Shown piece by piece: positions 33,131-46,464 of a stretch of 46,528 bases of DNA. Numbering within the stretch: the stretch's first letter is position 1; the number at the start of each line of letters is the position of its first letter. This DNA comes from Priapulus caudatus. Its lineage: Eukaryota. The translations under genes and the position numbers were made by a program. Where the stretch lies: the NCBI RefSeq assembly GCF_000485595.1, contig NW_014577091.1:445375-491902 (forward strand), given 5' to 3'. The notes under the pieces are model-generated. The model had not been told where the DNA came from. It did no database searches and saw only the letters and a program-made list of their open reading frames with translations.

Positions 33131-36100
33131 ATGCAGAACGACGTGTATCCTCCTTTAGAGGAGAAACTCGAAAATGGCAAAGGTGACGCTCCCGATGAGT
33201 CGAAGCTTGAACAAGAACAGGATCAGTCTACAGTAAAATTCCTGCCAAATGGCGATCAGGAAGGGGACGTAAAAATCGAGGTATGTATGATTCTCAGTAA
33301 TATCCGATTATCGTTAGTTTCCCATCATGATATGTGTGTATAATGAAGAGCGTAACAAGTCGTTGAGAATATTATATACATATATATTATAACCACGATT
33401 GGTAGCCTACCGTATATTGTAGGGATAGGATGATTTTATTTAGTATTACTAGTAGTACTACTACTACTAGTAGTATTACTATTAGTAGTTGTACTATTAC
33501 TAGTATTATTATTGCTATTACTACTAGCTAGTATTAGGCTTAGCCATAGTCACAAGAAACCCAGAAAAAAATTACAGACTTATACTTCATAAAAACCCCG
33601 TAATACCTCTTAATTACCTCGTTATTCTTCTCAACCCCGTAGGTCGGTCACGATGAGGTTGCCATGGGGATGGGTAAGGAGGAGCTGATGAAGTATGCGG
33701 ATGATCCATTCTGGGTTCGCATCCGCTGGATACTGCTCATCATCTTCGGCCTGGCCTGGCTGGGGATGCTGGCTGGAGCCATCGCTATTGTTGTAACTGC
33801 GCCGGGCTGCCCGGCTATCCCTGCCGACAACTGGTTCAATGAGGGAGTGACCTACATGGTCCATCCCCGGTCTTTCCAGGATAGTGATGGGGATGGAAAC
33901 GGAGATCTCAAGGGTAGGTGATGCGCAGAAGATGCACTTAGAAGTATAACTAGTTTAAAGTTGCTAGTTAACAGTGATAATTGAGAAGTAGTTATTTGTG
34001 CTTCTTTGTTGAAACTAGTTTAACAGTGCTAGTTGAGTAATACTTGTTTGGCTGTACAATCAGTCTAGAAGAATACAGAAAGAGTAAATTTCTATCGGCA
34101 AAGTCCATAATATCTTGGTGATGACATTACTGCACTGATCCGATGTATGTCCCTGCACCTAACCAATAAAAACAACTTTCCTTTGTGTAACCTCAGTCTG
34201 TATGATTGCCTTCTGATGCCAGACTGGTAGCAACTGGTTTCCTAGCAGCTGCATTTACAAGCTGGTCAGACAGAAATAGATTGTAATGCTAGCTGCAGCA
34301 GCTGGCGTTTGGGAAGCTGATCAATGCAATGCTTCCACATCCTGGTAGCTGATGCAATAGCATAGGCATATGAACTCATGCTGGTTCATACAGTGGGTTC
34401 AGGGTTGCTACGCCAGTCTTTAGTCATGCCAACTATGCTATTCACTAAATTATTAAATACAGGTTGAGCCTGTAGAGCCTGCAGTTTAACCCGGGGTGTA
34501 AAAAGCACTATTCTGTGTTTATTCTGTGTTCCATTTGTAATGTTTTCTGTAATATTTGCATATAATTCTCTGGATTGCCCAAGTGCTACATTTTCATCAT
34601 CAGAATTCATCTAAAGATGATATAAATATAAATTATGTAGTGTGATGAGATTCACAAATGTCATTATATCTGCTTCTGCAATCTTGTTATGTTTCCTTCC
34701 AAAGTTCCATGCTGTTATCTGCATGAAAAGTTGCTTTGTGCACATCATTGATTGATATTAATCTGTCCATGCTGCGCATATTGTGCTTTTAAAAGCGTGT
34801 GGCGAGAATTTTGCTTTCATACTCTGTGGTAATTGAGAAATATCCCAAATACCATTCTTACATAAAAATTCAAAATTTGTGTTATCAGTTTTGTGCTGGA
34901 AATTTCATGAGATTTTTTGACTTGAGCATAGAGATACATCTTGTCTATAAATAAAACGTGTGATTGATTCGATTCAATTGTCAATAAACGTTTACTCTTC
35001 ATTAAATTTAGAGCATTACCTGTGCAAAAGCTTGAGTGTATCCTTAACATATTTCCACTTGTCTGGAACAAGTGAATATGCTGACAGAAAACTAAAAGTA
35101 ACTATTCCTATTTCCTGCAAAAAAGTTAATACCAAAATTAACTACTCGATCAGTATTTTATTATGTTGCAGTGTCAAACTGTGTAATTTCGCCCCTAGTG
35201 TGAGAATGCATGTGAACTCTTGGCTATATAGTTGTTATACAACCTTACTAATAATTTCCCCCAGCAGGAAATCCGAAACTGCTACGGAAAAGTACATTTT
35301 TGGCTGGCCGTTTTCTGGAGAAGGAAAAGTAGCAGTTTTTCATGGTTTTGAGCCCCTACCTAATAACCATGATAACATGACACCATGATAAAAAACTACC
35401 TCCTCTCGGGTATAGTGTAACTGAGATTATCCGCGACATAATGTATGTATGCAAAGATTTTCTGATTAAAATTTATAAGAGTAGTCAGAAGTCAATTAAT
35501 TAATGATGGGACCTATCCAACTAATACTTGACCCAGCCAATTAATCGAAACACCTAATTTTTACCGACAACCCTTTGATGTTTAGGAATTGAGTCAAGGT
35601 TAGACTACCTGAACGATCTGAAAGTGAATGCACTCTGGATTCTCTCTCCTTACGCCTTTGGTGAGAATGACTTCGGCTACCATGTCATGAACCATACAAG
35701 TATCGCACCGATGTATGGAACAATGACAGAGTTTGGCAGCCTTGTAACCGCCCTCCACGCTAAAGGCAAGTATCGAGTAAATGTAGAAGGCTGTTGGATG
35801 CATGCGTGGTGTTGAGTTAGATCCTGTATCAACCTCTAGGCTGCAACATTGCCTATAGTGATTTCACGTTTTCAGTAATTGTCCTGTCCTCGATTGCAGG
35901 CAAACAGGCTGTGATTAAAGTTTGTTGCGTGTACATAGTATAGTCATATATGCTTGTATAATTGTCATAAGAAAAAATTATTTTATCGGTGTGCATACAT
36001 GTGCGTGTTCATGAGTCTTTGCATGAACGTGAACGTATGTGCACGTGAATGCCCATATTAATTTGTATCCAATGTACGTTCATATTGCTCCAAGCAATTG

Positions 36101-39100
36101 TGTGTTATTGTGGCTTTCTCTTGGGTGTTTCCATATAGCTTTTCCATGCCCATGTAGCTTTCTCTCAGGTGTGTGCCCATGTTGCTTTCTCTCAGGTGTG
36201 TGCCCATGTTGCTTTCTCTCGGGTGTGTGCCCATGTTGCTTTCTCTCGGTTATGTACCCATGTTGCCTTATCTCGGATGTGTGTCCATGTTATTTTCTCA
36301 GTTGTGTGTCCTTGTTGCCTTATCTCAAGTGTGTGTCCATGTTGCTTTCTCTCAGGCATGTCCCTGTTGCTTTCTCTCAGGTGTGTCCCAGTTGCTTTCT
36401 CTCAGGTGTGTCCATGTTGCGTTATCTCAGGTGTGAGTATCCTTATATCTGTAATGTAATACCATTGAATGCTCTTACCTGTGTGTCTTATTCTGTTCAG
36501 ATATCAAGATCATACTCGACTTCATTCCGAACTACACGAGCAATGAGCACATGTGGTTCGTTGAGTCTCGCCAGGGCACAGCACCCTACAAGGACTTTTA
36601 TGTTTGGGCGGACGGAGCCAACACCACTACGTCTGGTGGTGGCGTGCAACCACCAAATAATTGGGTCAGTAACTGCTAACGAAGGTAGTTACTAACAGTT
36701 AACCTATTTATCACTGGGAACTTTAGTGATTGCTTGTGCCAGTATCTGTTCAATGGTGATAGGATCTCGTACATCTAATAAAGACATCACTGTATATGTG
36801 GCTAGTAACCATTTATTTCATATGATGCAAAAAAGGTATTAGTGTTTAAATTTCAGCAAATTTAGCTGCATAATAAGTAATTAATATATAAAAAAAACTA
36901 AATCGTTGCCATCTGCCATTTAGTTGAATCGACACGGCACGTCAGCATGGACCTGGGACGCAGTGAGGGGCCAGTTCTATTACCACTCTGGTCCCAAGCA
37001 GCAGCCGGAGCTCAACCTTAGAGACGATGCCGTGAAAAAGGAGCTAAAGGTACGAACTTTAATATACGAATGTAATATGCATAAATTACTGTCATGTACA
37101 ATAAATGTTTTGTGATTGATTCTCATCCAATCAGCAGCTTTGTGGCAGCAAATTTTCAAGTCTTTTCGCTGGTTCAATGTGACATTTGTGGAACAGCGAG
37201 CGATACTGACACACAAAAATGTGATCATGGTGTGAGTATACTAACAATGTATTTGCATTATCAACAGTTAGTTAGGTGTACTGTCCTGATGCGATGTTCT
37301 GTGTTTAGGACGTGCTCACCTTCTGGCTGAAAAAGGGCGTTGATGGCTTCGTTATGAGGGATACTGCATTCCTAATTGAGAGCGAGGATATCGGGAGTGA
37401 CGAAAGTGCACAGGTAACTCCGTGGATGCTCAATTGTTCTAATCCTTGTGGCGTCTGCGATGTAGTTGCTGTGGTACCGCCTACGTTGCCATGACGTTGC
37501 CATGGCACGAAACGCACTACAGCAAGTGCAGACATTTTTTCGTTGCTGTAGTTGCGTGTGCATGTGTGTTACCTTGCAGTGCAGTTGTGTTAGAGCCACG
37601 TTCTTCGTGTTGTAGTTGTTACGAGTGTTGTAGTGTGTATGTTGTATGTAGACTGCTTATTTGTTGCACGTTGCCCGCTGTACGTTATAGGCTGCCAACC
37701 TCACTGATGATACATTGTTGACTTCTGACATTGTGAAGAGGGAGGCAATGTTGAGTAGCAATGAGTTTCATTCAGAGGTATGTAGATTTGGTGTCTTGAG
37801 AACTTGTGTTGAATCTAATAAATAAGTACATATCTAATTAATCTAATATTATCTAATTGTAGTTATTGTAGAAGATGTATAATGGAATGGTAATAGGAAA
37901 GACTGCAGGGAAACTCATGTTGCAATAAATGATGCAGGGATATAATTTAAACTTTGTAGGGAAAGGTGTGTGGTGTGTGGGTAGTGGTAGGCTAACCACA
38001 GTGTTTTGGTCTTGTGAAATTTGTACAATTTTTGAGATGTTACTTAGTGACTGTTATTGGATTTGAAAACTATGGTTCAAATTATTATATTTTTGCTACT
38101 GACCAATAGAGTTTAGAAATCTCTGAAAACAAATTAATCTTTATAATTCCTGGGATGGCAAGTATTTCAATATTATGTTGTGAAAGTGGCCACAAGGTGG
38201 AGAGTGACACTGTAGTCTCTGTTAAGTACGGTGTATCCACCACTCTAAATCGTAATTTTGGTTGAGTTTAGGTTTTGCAGTTTTGTAGAATTTGCACATC
38301 TGGTCAGATCAGTTGCTAAAAAAGAAATGAAATCTTGTATTGGTTCAGATACAAAAAGTGGCTACAGCTTTGCAGATTAATGCTAAAATTACCTCCAAAG
38401 AATGACATGTATTTTTCTGAAGATAATATCACGATTTAGTTTAACTTTGCTGAGTAACAACTTAAATAACAGTAAAAGTTTATTAGATGGTAGAATCATC
38501 AAATAAGATTTTGGTTATAAAATGTGACAAAAAGGGTCATATTTTTGTGTCTGATTAATTCATTAAATGAAGCATATTTAAAACATGTCACTTTCGCAAT
38601 GATAGAAAGTAATGGTATAGTTGATGTGACAATGAATAGGTGGACATTGACATATTTAACATGCATCAACACTAAACCATCCTACATTAGATTCTAAGTT
38701 ATCGTTAGCCCGTTACGAGATGAGATGGTAATAGTAAGTTATTTGTAGGGTAAAGCGGACTATGACTCGATGGACCATGCGCTCACCAAGTACCAGAACG
38801 GAAGCTACGAGCTGGTCAGCGAATGGAAGAGCGTCATTGAGGACTTTGTCACTGCCTCCGGTCGCAGGTGATGTTCTCTCCTTGGAAATAGAAAAAAACT
38901 GGAGTTTCTGTCACGTGACGGACCAATAAAATGTCTATAAATGTATAGTAAAGGAGAAATGCAAATAGTGTTGTAGCGTTACAAGCGACAATAGCATTTA
39001 CCATTGTTCTTTTTTGGCATGGTCGTAGGTTCTTGATAACAGACTGTGGTGGTGATCGTCAAGCCAACCTGAAGTTCCTCAACTATGGATCTGACAGCGT

Positions 39101-41066
39101 GCTGAACATGGGCTGGGTTGGGCGTCTTGACTCGAGCTGCGATGCTGAGTGTGTTCGTGGTCACATCAAATCATCGACTGATAACAGCACTGGTCTAGCT
39201 ACCTGGCAGGTAGGACAACGATCACCTAGGTGGCTGCAAGTTGTATCAGTGTAGTCGGGACCGGCCTCGCTACTGATTGTTTCATCAGGCAGATACAGTG
39301 CTGGGACATGGGTGGTTGATGCTTAACTGAAGTCATGTCTGTCTACTTATAACATATAAAAATTCGTGCAGTGTTAAATTATGATTATGATGACGACTCA
39401 TTCCGATGGTTTGCTCTGGATGTTGTTGTTGTTGTTGTTGTTGTTGTCGTTGTTGTTGATGTTGATTTTGCTATTAATATTTCTGCGCAGCTAGGAGATG
39501 ACTCTCACTCTCGCATTGCATCCCTGAGGGGCAGTGACTACACCAACGTTCTGAACATGATGACCACACTGCTACCTGGTGGTCGCATCCTGTACTATGG
39601 TGAGGAGATAGGACTGCTCAATAGCGCAGTGCCATCCTTTGAGGAAACCAAGGATGCTTACGCTCTCAGCGTTGGAAAGGTGAGATCAGTGAATGTGTCA
39701 AGCACTGCTTCGTTAGTGACGCAAAAGACGTGTGTCTGATGCAGAGTCGGGTTAATAAAAATTTAACCGGATTCTCATACCTGCACACAGGAGTTGGGCG
39801 ATTAGGGTGACAGGTGTGAACAGAACCCTTTGCACCTCGTGACTGATGTCTCCAGGGTAAAAAATACACAGGAGGGATGAGCGATTCGCTCTTCAACCCT
39901 CCGATATCGCTCCCTTAAAATTATTGACGAGAGCTATTTTTTCCACAGACTTGGAAAAGAGCTCCCGTGAAAAAAAAGTATTTTTTTCCTGGTTGTTTCA
40001 CATGCTTCTATCCTACCTTTTAGACGAACTACGATTCGGTGACCCGTGACCCATACAGGGGCCCGATGGTTTGGTCCAGTGCAGCCGGTGGTAATTTCAC
40101 TAGCTCTGACGAGCCATGGCTTCCACTGGGGGATCTGGATGTCAACGTGGAGGTAAGCTGTAGTAGTAGAGCTTCCCCCATCATCTCAGTGTTGCTTAGT
40201 CATTACAAGGAGACTGGTGTCATGGTTTTAGAGAGGGTGGATGGTGTCTTGGTGTCAGGGAGGGTGGATGGTGTCTTGGTGTCAGGGAGGGTGGATTGTG
40301 TCTTGGTGTCAGGGAGGGTGGATTGTGTCTTGGTGTCAGGGAGGGTGGATTGTGTCTTGGTGTCAGGGAGGGTGGATTGTGTCTTGGTGTCAGGGAGGGT
40401 GGATTGTGTCTTGGTGTCAGGGAGGGTGGATTGTGTCTTGGAGTCAGGGAGGGTTGATGCTTTCTTGATGTCAGGGAGCCATCAGAGTTAACCTTGCAGT
40501 CCATACGAATTGGCGTTAGAAGTCAATGCCAGTTCTATTTATGTTAGTTGAACATGTTGAAGTTGAAAACATAGCAGAATTTGAATGTGAATTGTACCGA
40601 CTACAACTGGAGTATACTGTGTCTCGCTGAGATTCTCGTTGGTGCTAGTTGGCTCGTGTGTTGCTCACTGACGTTTGTCTGCCTGCAGGACCAGCGTAAG
40701 GCGAACACGTCCAGTCTCGCTGTCTACATGCGTCTGGGGAAGCTGCGAGGCGAGCCGGCATTCGTCGAGGGTGAGATGACGTTGATCGACGGGTCCGGTG
40801 CCAACCTGATTGCTTTCCGGCGCCGCGTTGTCAAGAAGGAGGATGAGGAGGAGGACGAGGAGGAGGATCGTCCTGCGGCGTATCTCGTTGTCCTCAACTT
40901 TGGTGACGCCGCTGACCGCTTCACGCTGCCCGCCTTTGTGAGGGGCGACTACCCGGCCACAGGCACCGTCGTCGTCAACACGGAGAAGGCAGCCACCGGC
41001 GCGTCGGTGTCGTTCGAGGATGCTCTGCTTGTCAATCCCGGACAGGGCTTTGTCATCAAGATCTAG
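33131..41066 (+). CDS. SLC3-family amino acid transporter heavy chain (rBAT/4F2hc/CD98hc-like), ~663 aa, 11 exons: 33131-33280, 33643-33913, 35586-35765, 36501-36664, 36924-37049, 37309-37413, 38749-38867, 39029-39209, 39491-39679, 40024-40152, 40689-41066
   Basis: SLC3A2_N-type motif [48 protein letters not shown] (type II TM plus the light-chain-linking Cys). It is followed by a GH13 alpha-glucosidase-like ectodomain: [74 protein letters not shown]. Phases are consistent (1992 nt); intron 3 needs a GC donor. SLC3A1 versus SLC3A2 orthology cannot be resolved by eye. Confidence 0.93.
36145..36435 (+). repeat. ~27-bp minisatellite (~11 units) in SLC3 intron 3
   Basis: Unit TTTCTCTCAGGTGTGTGCCCATGTTGC, with 25-27-bp variants. 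Confidence 0.9.
40230..40478 (+). repeat. 27-bp minisatellite (~9 units) in SLC3 intron 10
   Basis: Unit TCAGGGAGGGTGGATTGTGTCTTGGTG, with near-perfect copies. Confidence 0.92.
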
Positions 41067-41496
41067 ATCCGTGTGGCAGCAGCTCCGGAGTTGTACCTTA
41101 CCTCTTGGGTGCCCCACTAGGTGGCGCTGAATGCAACCTGATTTATGACCATGATGAACCATTGTTCGGAATAGCATGAGGGAAGTGCTTTTGTTGATAT
41201 TGCTTTTGTTGCTTTTGCTCTAAGGACCCCGGAGTTGTATGTTTTGTGGAATCAGGATTTTATTGAGCTTTGCTTTTGTGGTTGGCTGACAGGCTGAAAC
41301 GTACTGGTATGCTTTCTCTATTAGTTTATAACTTTGGATAGAATTATTTGAATTTTTAAAGGCAAAGCTTTTAGGGTTATTATTTGGAGTGATTCAAAAG
41401 CAATTTTTAAACTAGCATTTTTTTGTTTTGACAGTTAGCTATTTCTGTTTATTATGTGCTCACTTAAAAATGAATGGACACTCTTTGGAAGCTGGT

Positions 41497-41665
41497 AATA
41501 AATCATTGGTAGTCGGGCATAATAAAAATTAACAATTTGCATACACTGTCAAAATTTATGCATGATGTTTTACTATACTCATACTCTTAAAGTAACCTAA
41601 TTAATTTCTTAGTAATTCTATGGCAAGTCCAGATTTACTTACCAAGAGCACATCATGATAATAAA
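41497..41665 (+). terminator. Candidate polyadenylation signals of the SLC3 gene
   Basis: AATAAA at 41497, 41521 and 41660; the last is followed by a GT/T-rich tract (tttatttgtttgtttgtt, ~41708-41725). Confidence 0.5.
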
Positions 41666-42428
41666 TGAGCTTTTTGTTGAAGCAACATCCAATGTATTAT
41701 AGTATCTTTTATTTGTTTGTTTGTTATCATTTGGAGCCTTGTAATATGTCAACGTTAGCTCAACGTCCGTAAAAACGCACCACATAAGGTTGCGCCCGTT
41801 TTCCTCTTTGGTTATCTTTATAGGTTGTGTAATGCTTTATCGGGAGTATGTATATTTATGCACGCATTAGGCGTGATTTCACAAAACAAGCTTGATATGC
41901 TGATTGGGTTTAGCAACAAGCAGTAATTTCGAAGTTCACGTGTTGCAAAAGTGGAATCTCTCATGCTCTGCGAGCGGATCATAAAATAAATGAGTCTACT
42001 TAGTAACTATTTGGTAATGCTATATGCTCACCTCCATGGTGTATGCAATGCCTTTCATTATGGTTATATATAAGCAAAACTGGAACAGGGTACGCACGCA
42101 CGCGCGCGAATATTATATCGAATTTTCAATGCAGATGTACGCGTACGCACGCACTTATAGACGGTACACCTCACACGCTAAAACTTCTTTCCATTAAAAA
42201 GGGTCTACCTACCTTGCTACCTGGTGGGCATCCAGCGTACTAATCGTAGCAGGAGTGTCATAATATAGGCTATATTAGAGTGTCTACATTGTGACATTCC
42301 TGATCGTAGTAATCCATTGATCCCCGCTACAAACATCAATGTGTGAGGGTCAAGACTACGGAATCGGCACACAAGTTGTGTGTGTGCACGTGGTGTTATG
42401 TTGGTGGTCGATTAGTGGCAGAAGATAG

Positions 42429-42554
42429 GTGTGTGTGCGTGCGTGCCTGCGTGCGTGCGTGCGTGCCTACGTGCGTGCGTGCGTGCGTGCGTGCCTACGT
42501 GCGTGCGTGCCTACGTGCGTGCGTGCGTGCCTGCCTACGTGCGTGCGTGCGTGC

Positions 42555-42613
<59 letters not shown>
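42429..42613. repeat. (GCGT)n plus (GT)n compound microsatellite
   Basis: Read directly from the sequence. Confidence 0.95.
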
Positions 42614-42615
<2 letters not shown>

Positions 42616-43111
42616 CGCGTATGCGCGTGTGCGCATTTCGAATCTATCAACTGATTTTCTATAAATTTCTGATGAGTCATGCAGAGATGAGAAGAACAGA
42701 CGCGTAGCCGAGCATTAGGGAGTGGAATAATGTGTGTGCGGTGTGCTGAGGACAGCAGGATGTAGTGGGAGAAAGTAGAGATAGAGAGGCCGAGAGTATA
42801 GAGAAGGGGGCTGATCAAAAGAACAGCGCGTGAGAGATAGAGAGAGCTACAGATTGAACAGTGCATGTATCACAACATTTGACCATTCGGACACCACTTA
42901 CAGTGTGTTGTCTTGAACATGGCGCGTCACAGTAATAATAGGCCTCACAGTGTAAGGTATACAGGGTGGAGCATTGACTAGTCACACGTACACCTACTTC
43001 TTGCCCACAAACCCCTGCCTCCTTATACCTCACTCACGCTCCGACCTACTTAATGTATGATATTTTGATGAATATCTAACTTTCTGCCAAACAAATCGCT
43101 ATGCGCTGTTG

Positions 43112-43352
43112 CACACAGGCACGCCACGCACGCGCGCACGCACGCACACGCTACGCGCTCCCTCCCCCAGCACACACCTACCACCACCACTGCAATGCAC
43201 GCACCATACGCCACAGCACCAACGCACGACACGCACCGCACGCACAACAACAATCATACACATCACACCACACACCACAACAACGACATCACACACATGC
43301 ACACGCCACACACACACGACACACACAGCACACACACAACACACACAAGCAC
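43112..43352. repeat. Degenerate (CA)n/(CACG)n microsatellite
   Basis: Read directly from the sequence; indel-rich. Confidence 0.85.
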
Positions 43353-43799
43353 CGATGGCACATGTAAAAATTCTACATCGAATCACTGCCGATATCTGCG
43401 ACTTCAATTGTACTTAAATTCTGCCAAAATATTCGCCTAGCTCTATTGATATACTGCAGGTATACAACACACCTAGGCACATATCGACGACACATACTAC
43501 ATACCATTATATTACAACGTGATGATTACACACGCAAAATCTTTCTACTTTACACGTTGCACTAATAATTTGAGCATAATCGAACAATATAACGACAACT
43601 TTCATCGTTGAAAACTTTCATTTAATGTATATTCTTGGCTTATATCAAATCGTGTATTTTTAATCGGGAGCGTCTTAACAGACAGCATATGATTACAGTC
43701 ATTGACAATCTACCAACTACTCTATACCAGGACTTCCTACCATTTTTCTTACAGCATTGTTAATCGAGCACGCAATTCGCCCACCAATTCGTCAAATCA

Positions 43800-44065
43800 C
43801 GGACGCGATTAATATGAGCGGACTGGCGGAGGTTTTGCAGGTTGATCGCTTGTTAGCGATCCTTACAGACACGCCAGGCTCTTCATTTTCGCCTGCCGCT
43901 AACGGTTAGCAATTTCGCGATGCGATAATGCCGATTTTACCAATGACATACTCGATGAAACTGTACAATCATAACTCCGAACGAAACTTTGTGTGTGGAA
44001 ACAGTGCAGTAAACAGCTGGAATACAAAAATAAATTACTCACTACTTACCGCCACAGGAATTACC
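43800..44065 (+). mobile_element. Possible decayed CR1-like LINE ORF2 C-terminus
   Basis: Translation YSMKLY...RNF...SAVNSWN...LLTA resembles the CR1 ORF2 end (HSxKLxK...RxNFFSxRVVNxWNxLP...VVxA) and is followed by a microsatellite tail; the sequence is noisy. Confidence 0.3.
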
Positions 44066-44067
44066 GG

Positions 44068-44281
44068 TAGAAAAGATAAGAAGAGGGCAAGACAGGACAG
44101 ACACTCAGACAAACACAGCAGACAGAAAGGCGAGAGAAACAGACACAGAGTCGAGAGTGGAGAATGAGAAAAAAGTGACTGAGAGAGAGATGAGATTGAG
44201 AGAGTGATAGAAAGAGAGAGCGATGCTAGGAGAAGAGAAGAAGAGAAGGATGGAGAGAGAGAGAGAGAGAGTGAGAGAGAA
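44068..44281. repeat. Degenerate (GA)n/(GACA)n microsatellite
   Basis: Read directly from the sequence. Confidence 0.85.
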
Positions 44282-45119
44282 ATTAAAAAAGTGATATGGC
44301 ACATTGTAAGATTTTGGTGATGGACTCGACTCGATCACTTAAGCCTCATCGAATCACCTCGTCCTTGAAAAAGGAACCTGCGCGGCTGTCTCGAACAAAG
44401 TCCTATTCAGAATTACGCCGTACAGAGGTTCATTAGCTTTTTACAGATCCTTTAAGTTACGCTCACTACGCCGCATTACACCAGTACCGGGTCACCGGAA
44501 CGTGGGCAAGCCATGATGAACAGGCAGCCATCTTGTTGCCAACGATTATAACTGGCAATGCCGACATCCAAGTAGGCGAACTGCTCTAATCTCACACAAT
44601 AACGAATTGCGATTTTTGCTTATGGTAGCTCATGATTGATGATAAAAAAAACACAACGCTGGTCGTCATCCCTAATAAAATGTATGCGACTGTTTAGCCT
44701 CCAAACCCAACAATACATTGAACACGAGCGCTCCAACGAGAGAGTAAACCCCTGTTTTACTGACGGCTCAACTCTATGATTAAGCAAAAGTGTTGTTCAT
44801 CTTCGCGAAGAACGTCAATAGAGGGTTGTGGGCTGTCTCGTCCCGCTTGTGCAGTGAATTCTGCAATACAGCAACAGGCCACGACCGAATTATTTACTAT
44901 GGGAATTACTAGTCTTGAGTTACCTAGTGAGCCTACTATCGGTCCATGAGCATGGCCTAAACTGAATGCTGGACGCGAAAGCATTAAATTCTGTGTCTAT
45001 CATTAATTTCAGTTAGTGATAGAAGACAACTAACGGTCAACAATTCTTTTGGCAGGCCTTAATCCAACGTGAGTAACCAATGTATTATCTCTGGCTAATA
45101 TATAATATCATGTAATTAT

Positions 45120-45672
45120 AATGTATGTACTGTAATGTATGTATGTATTGTATGATATGTACTTGTATGTATCCTGTATGTATGTATGTATGTATGTATT
45201 ACTGTGTATTGTATATGATGTATGTATGTAAAATGATATGTATGTAATGTATGTATGTACTTGTATGTATTGTACTTGTATTGTATGTATGTATGTATGT
45301 ATGAATGTATGTATCGTATGTTATGTATCGTATGTATGTATGTATGTTATGATTGGTATGTTATGTATGTTATGTATGATATGATAGCTATGTAATAGTA
45401 TGTATGTAATGGATATATGTATGTACTGTAATGTATGCTATGTATGTATGTATGATGTATGTATGTATGTATGTATGTATGTATGTATGTATGTTGTATG
45501 TACTTATGTATGTTATGTATGTATGTATGGTATGTTGTTATGATGGTATGTATGTATGTATGTAAGTGCGTATGTATGCATGTATGATGCATTGCATGCG
45601 CATGCCAATGATTGCATCGCTCATGCATGGCATGCATGCATGCCAATGTCATGTATGTATTGTATGTATGTA
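45120..45672. repeat. Degenerate (TATG)n microsatellite field
   Basis: Read directly from the sequence. Confidence 0.9.
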
Positions 45673-45907
45673 ATTATATATATTACTATATATATTCTTG
45701 GCAATATTAGAACGAATGCCATATCTAGCGGAAAGCACCGCCGAATAAAGCGATTGAATTTGGCATAGGCAGTAGCATGTTAAGCAATCTTACATTATAT
45801 ATTAAATTATTCTCATCCATTTGCTAACGTTCCTTCAACTGCCTCTAGCTAATTATTCCCCTATGAAAAGCCGCGCGTCGACATATAAAGCTCGGCTCAC
45901 TATGTGG

Positions 45908-46142
45908 ACACACACCAACGAGACACAGACGCAAAACAAGCACACGCGAACACTGGCCGCACACGCACGCACGCACTACACACACACACAGAGCACCACA
46001 CACACACACAGCAACACACGACCGCCAACGGACACACACTACACGCGCGCGCGCGCAGCGCTCGCACGCCAGCACGCACCGCATGCACACACATCACACA
46101 CACCCACGCACACGGACCCACGACACACATCCACACACACAA

Positions 46143-46181
<39 letters not shown>

Positions 46182-46464
46182 CACTGCACGCACCACACAC
46201 AACACGCATATAACACCCACACCACCACAACACACGCACGCTCGCACTTGCACGCACGCACGCAGCACACGCACGCACGCCACACGGCACCCGCACAGCG
46301 CAACGCACACATACGCAACACACACACACACACAACACACACCACACACACACACAAAGACACACACACACACACACACACACAACACACAAACACCACA
46401 CACACACACAGAACACACACACACACACGACACACACAACACACACACACACACACACACACAC
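45908..46464. repeat. Degenerate (CA)n microsatellite field
   Basis: Read directly from the sequence; source of the His/Thr- and Val/Cys-rich spurious ORFs. Confidence 0.9.

Noticed and set aside
36039..36695. Cys-rich 218-aa ORF (metallothionein- or keratin-associated-like)
   Set aside because: Translation of an intronic 27-bp minisatellite; it starts at GTG and overlaps the true exon out of frame.
36145..40478. CRISPR-like arrays
   Set aside because: The repeats are head-to-tail with no unique spacers, the context is eukaryotic, and there are no cas genes.
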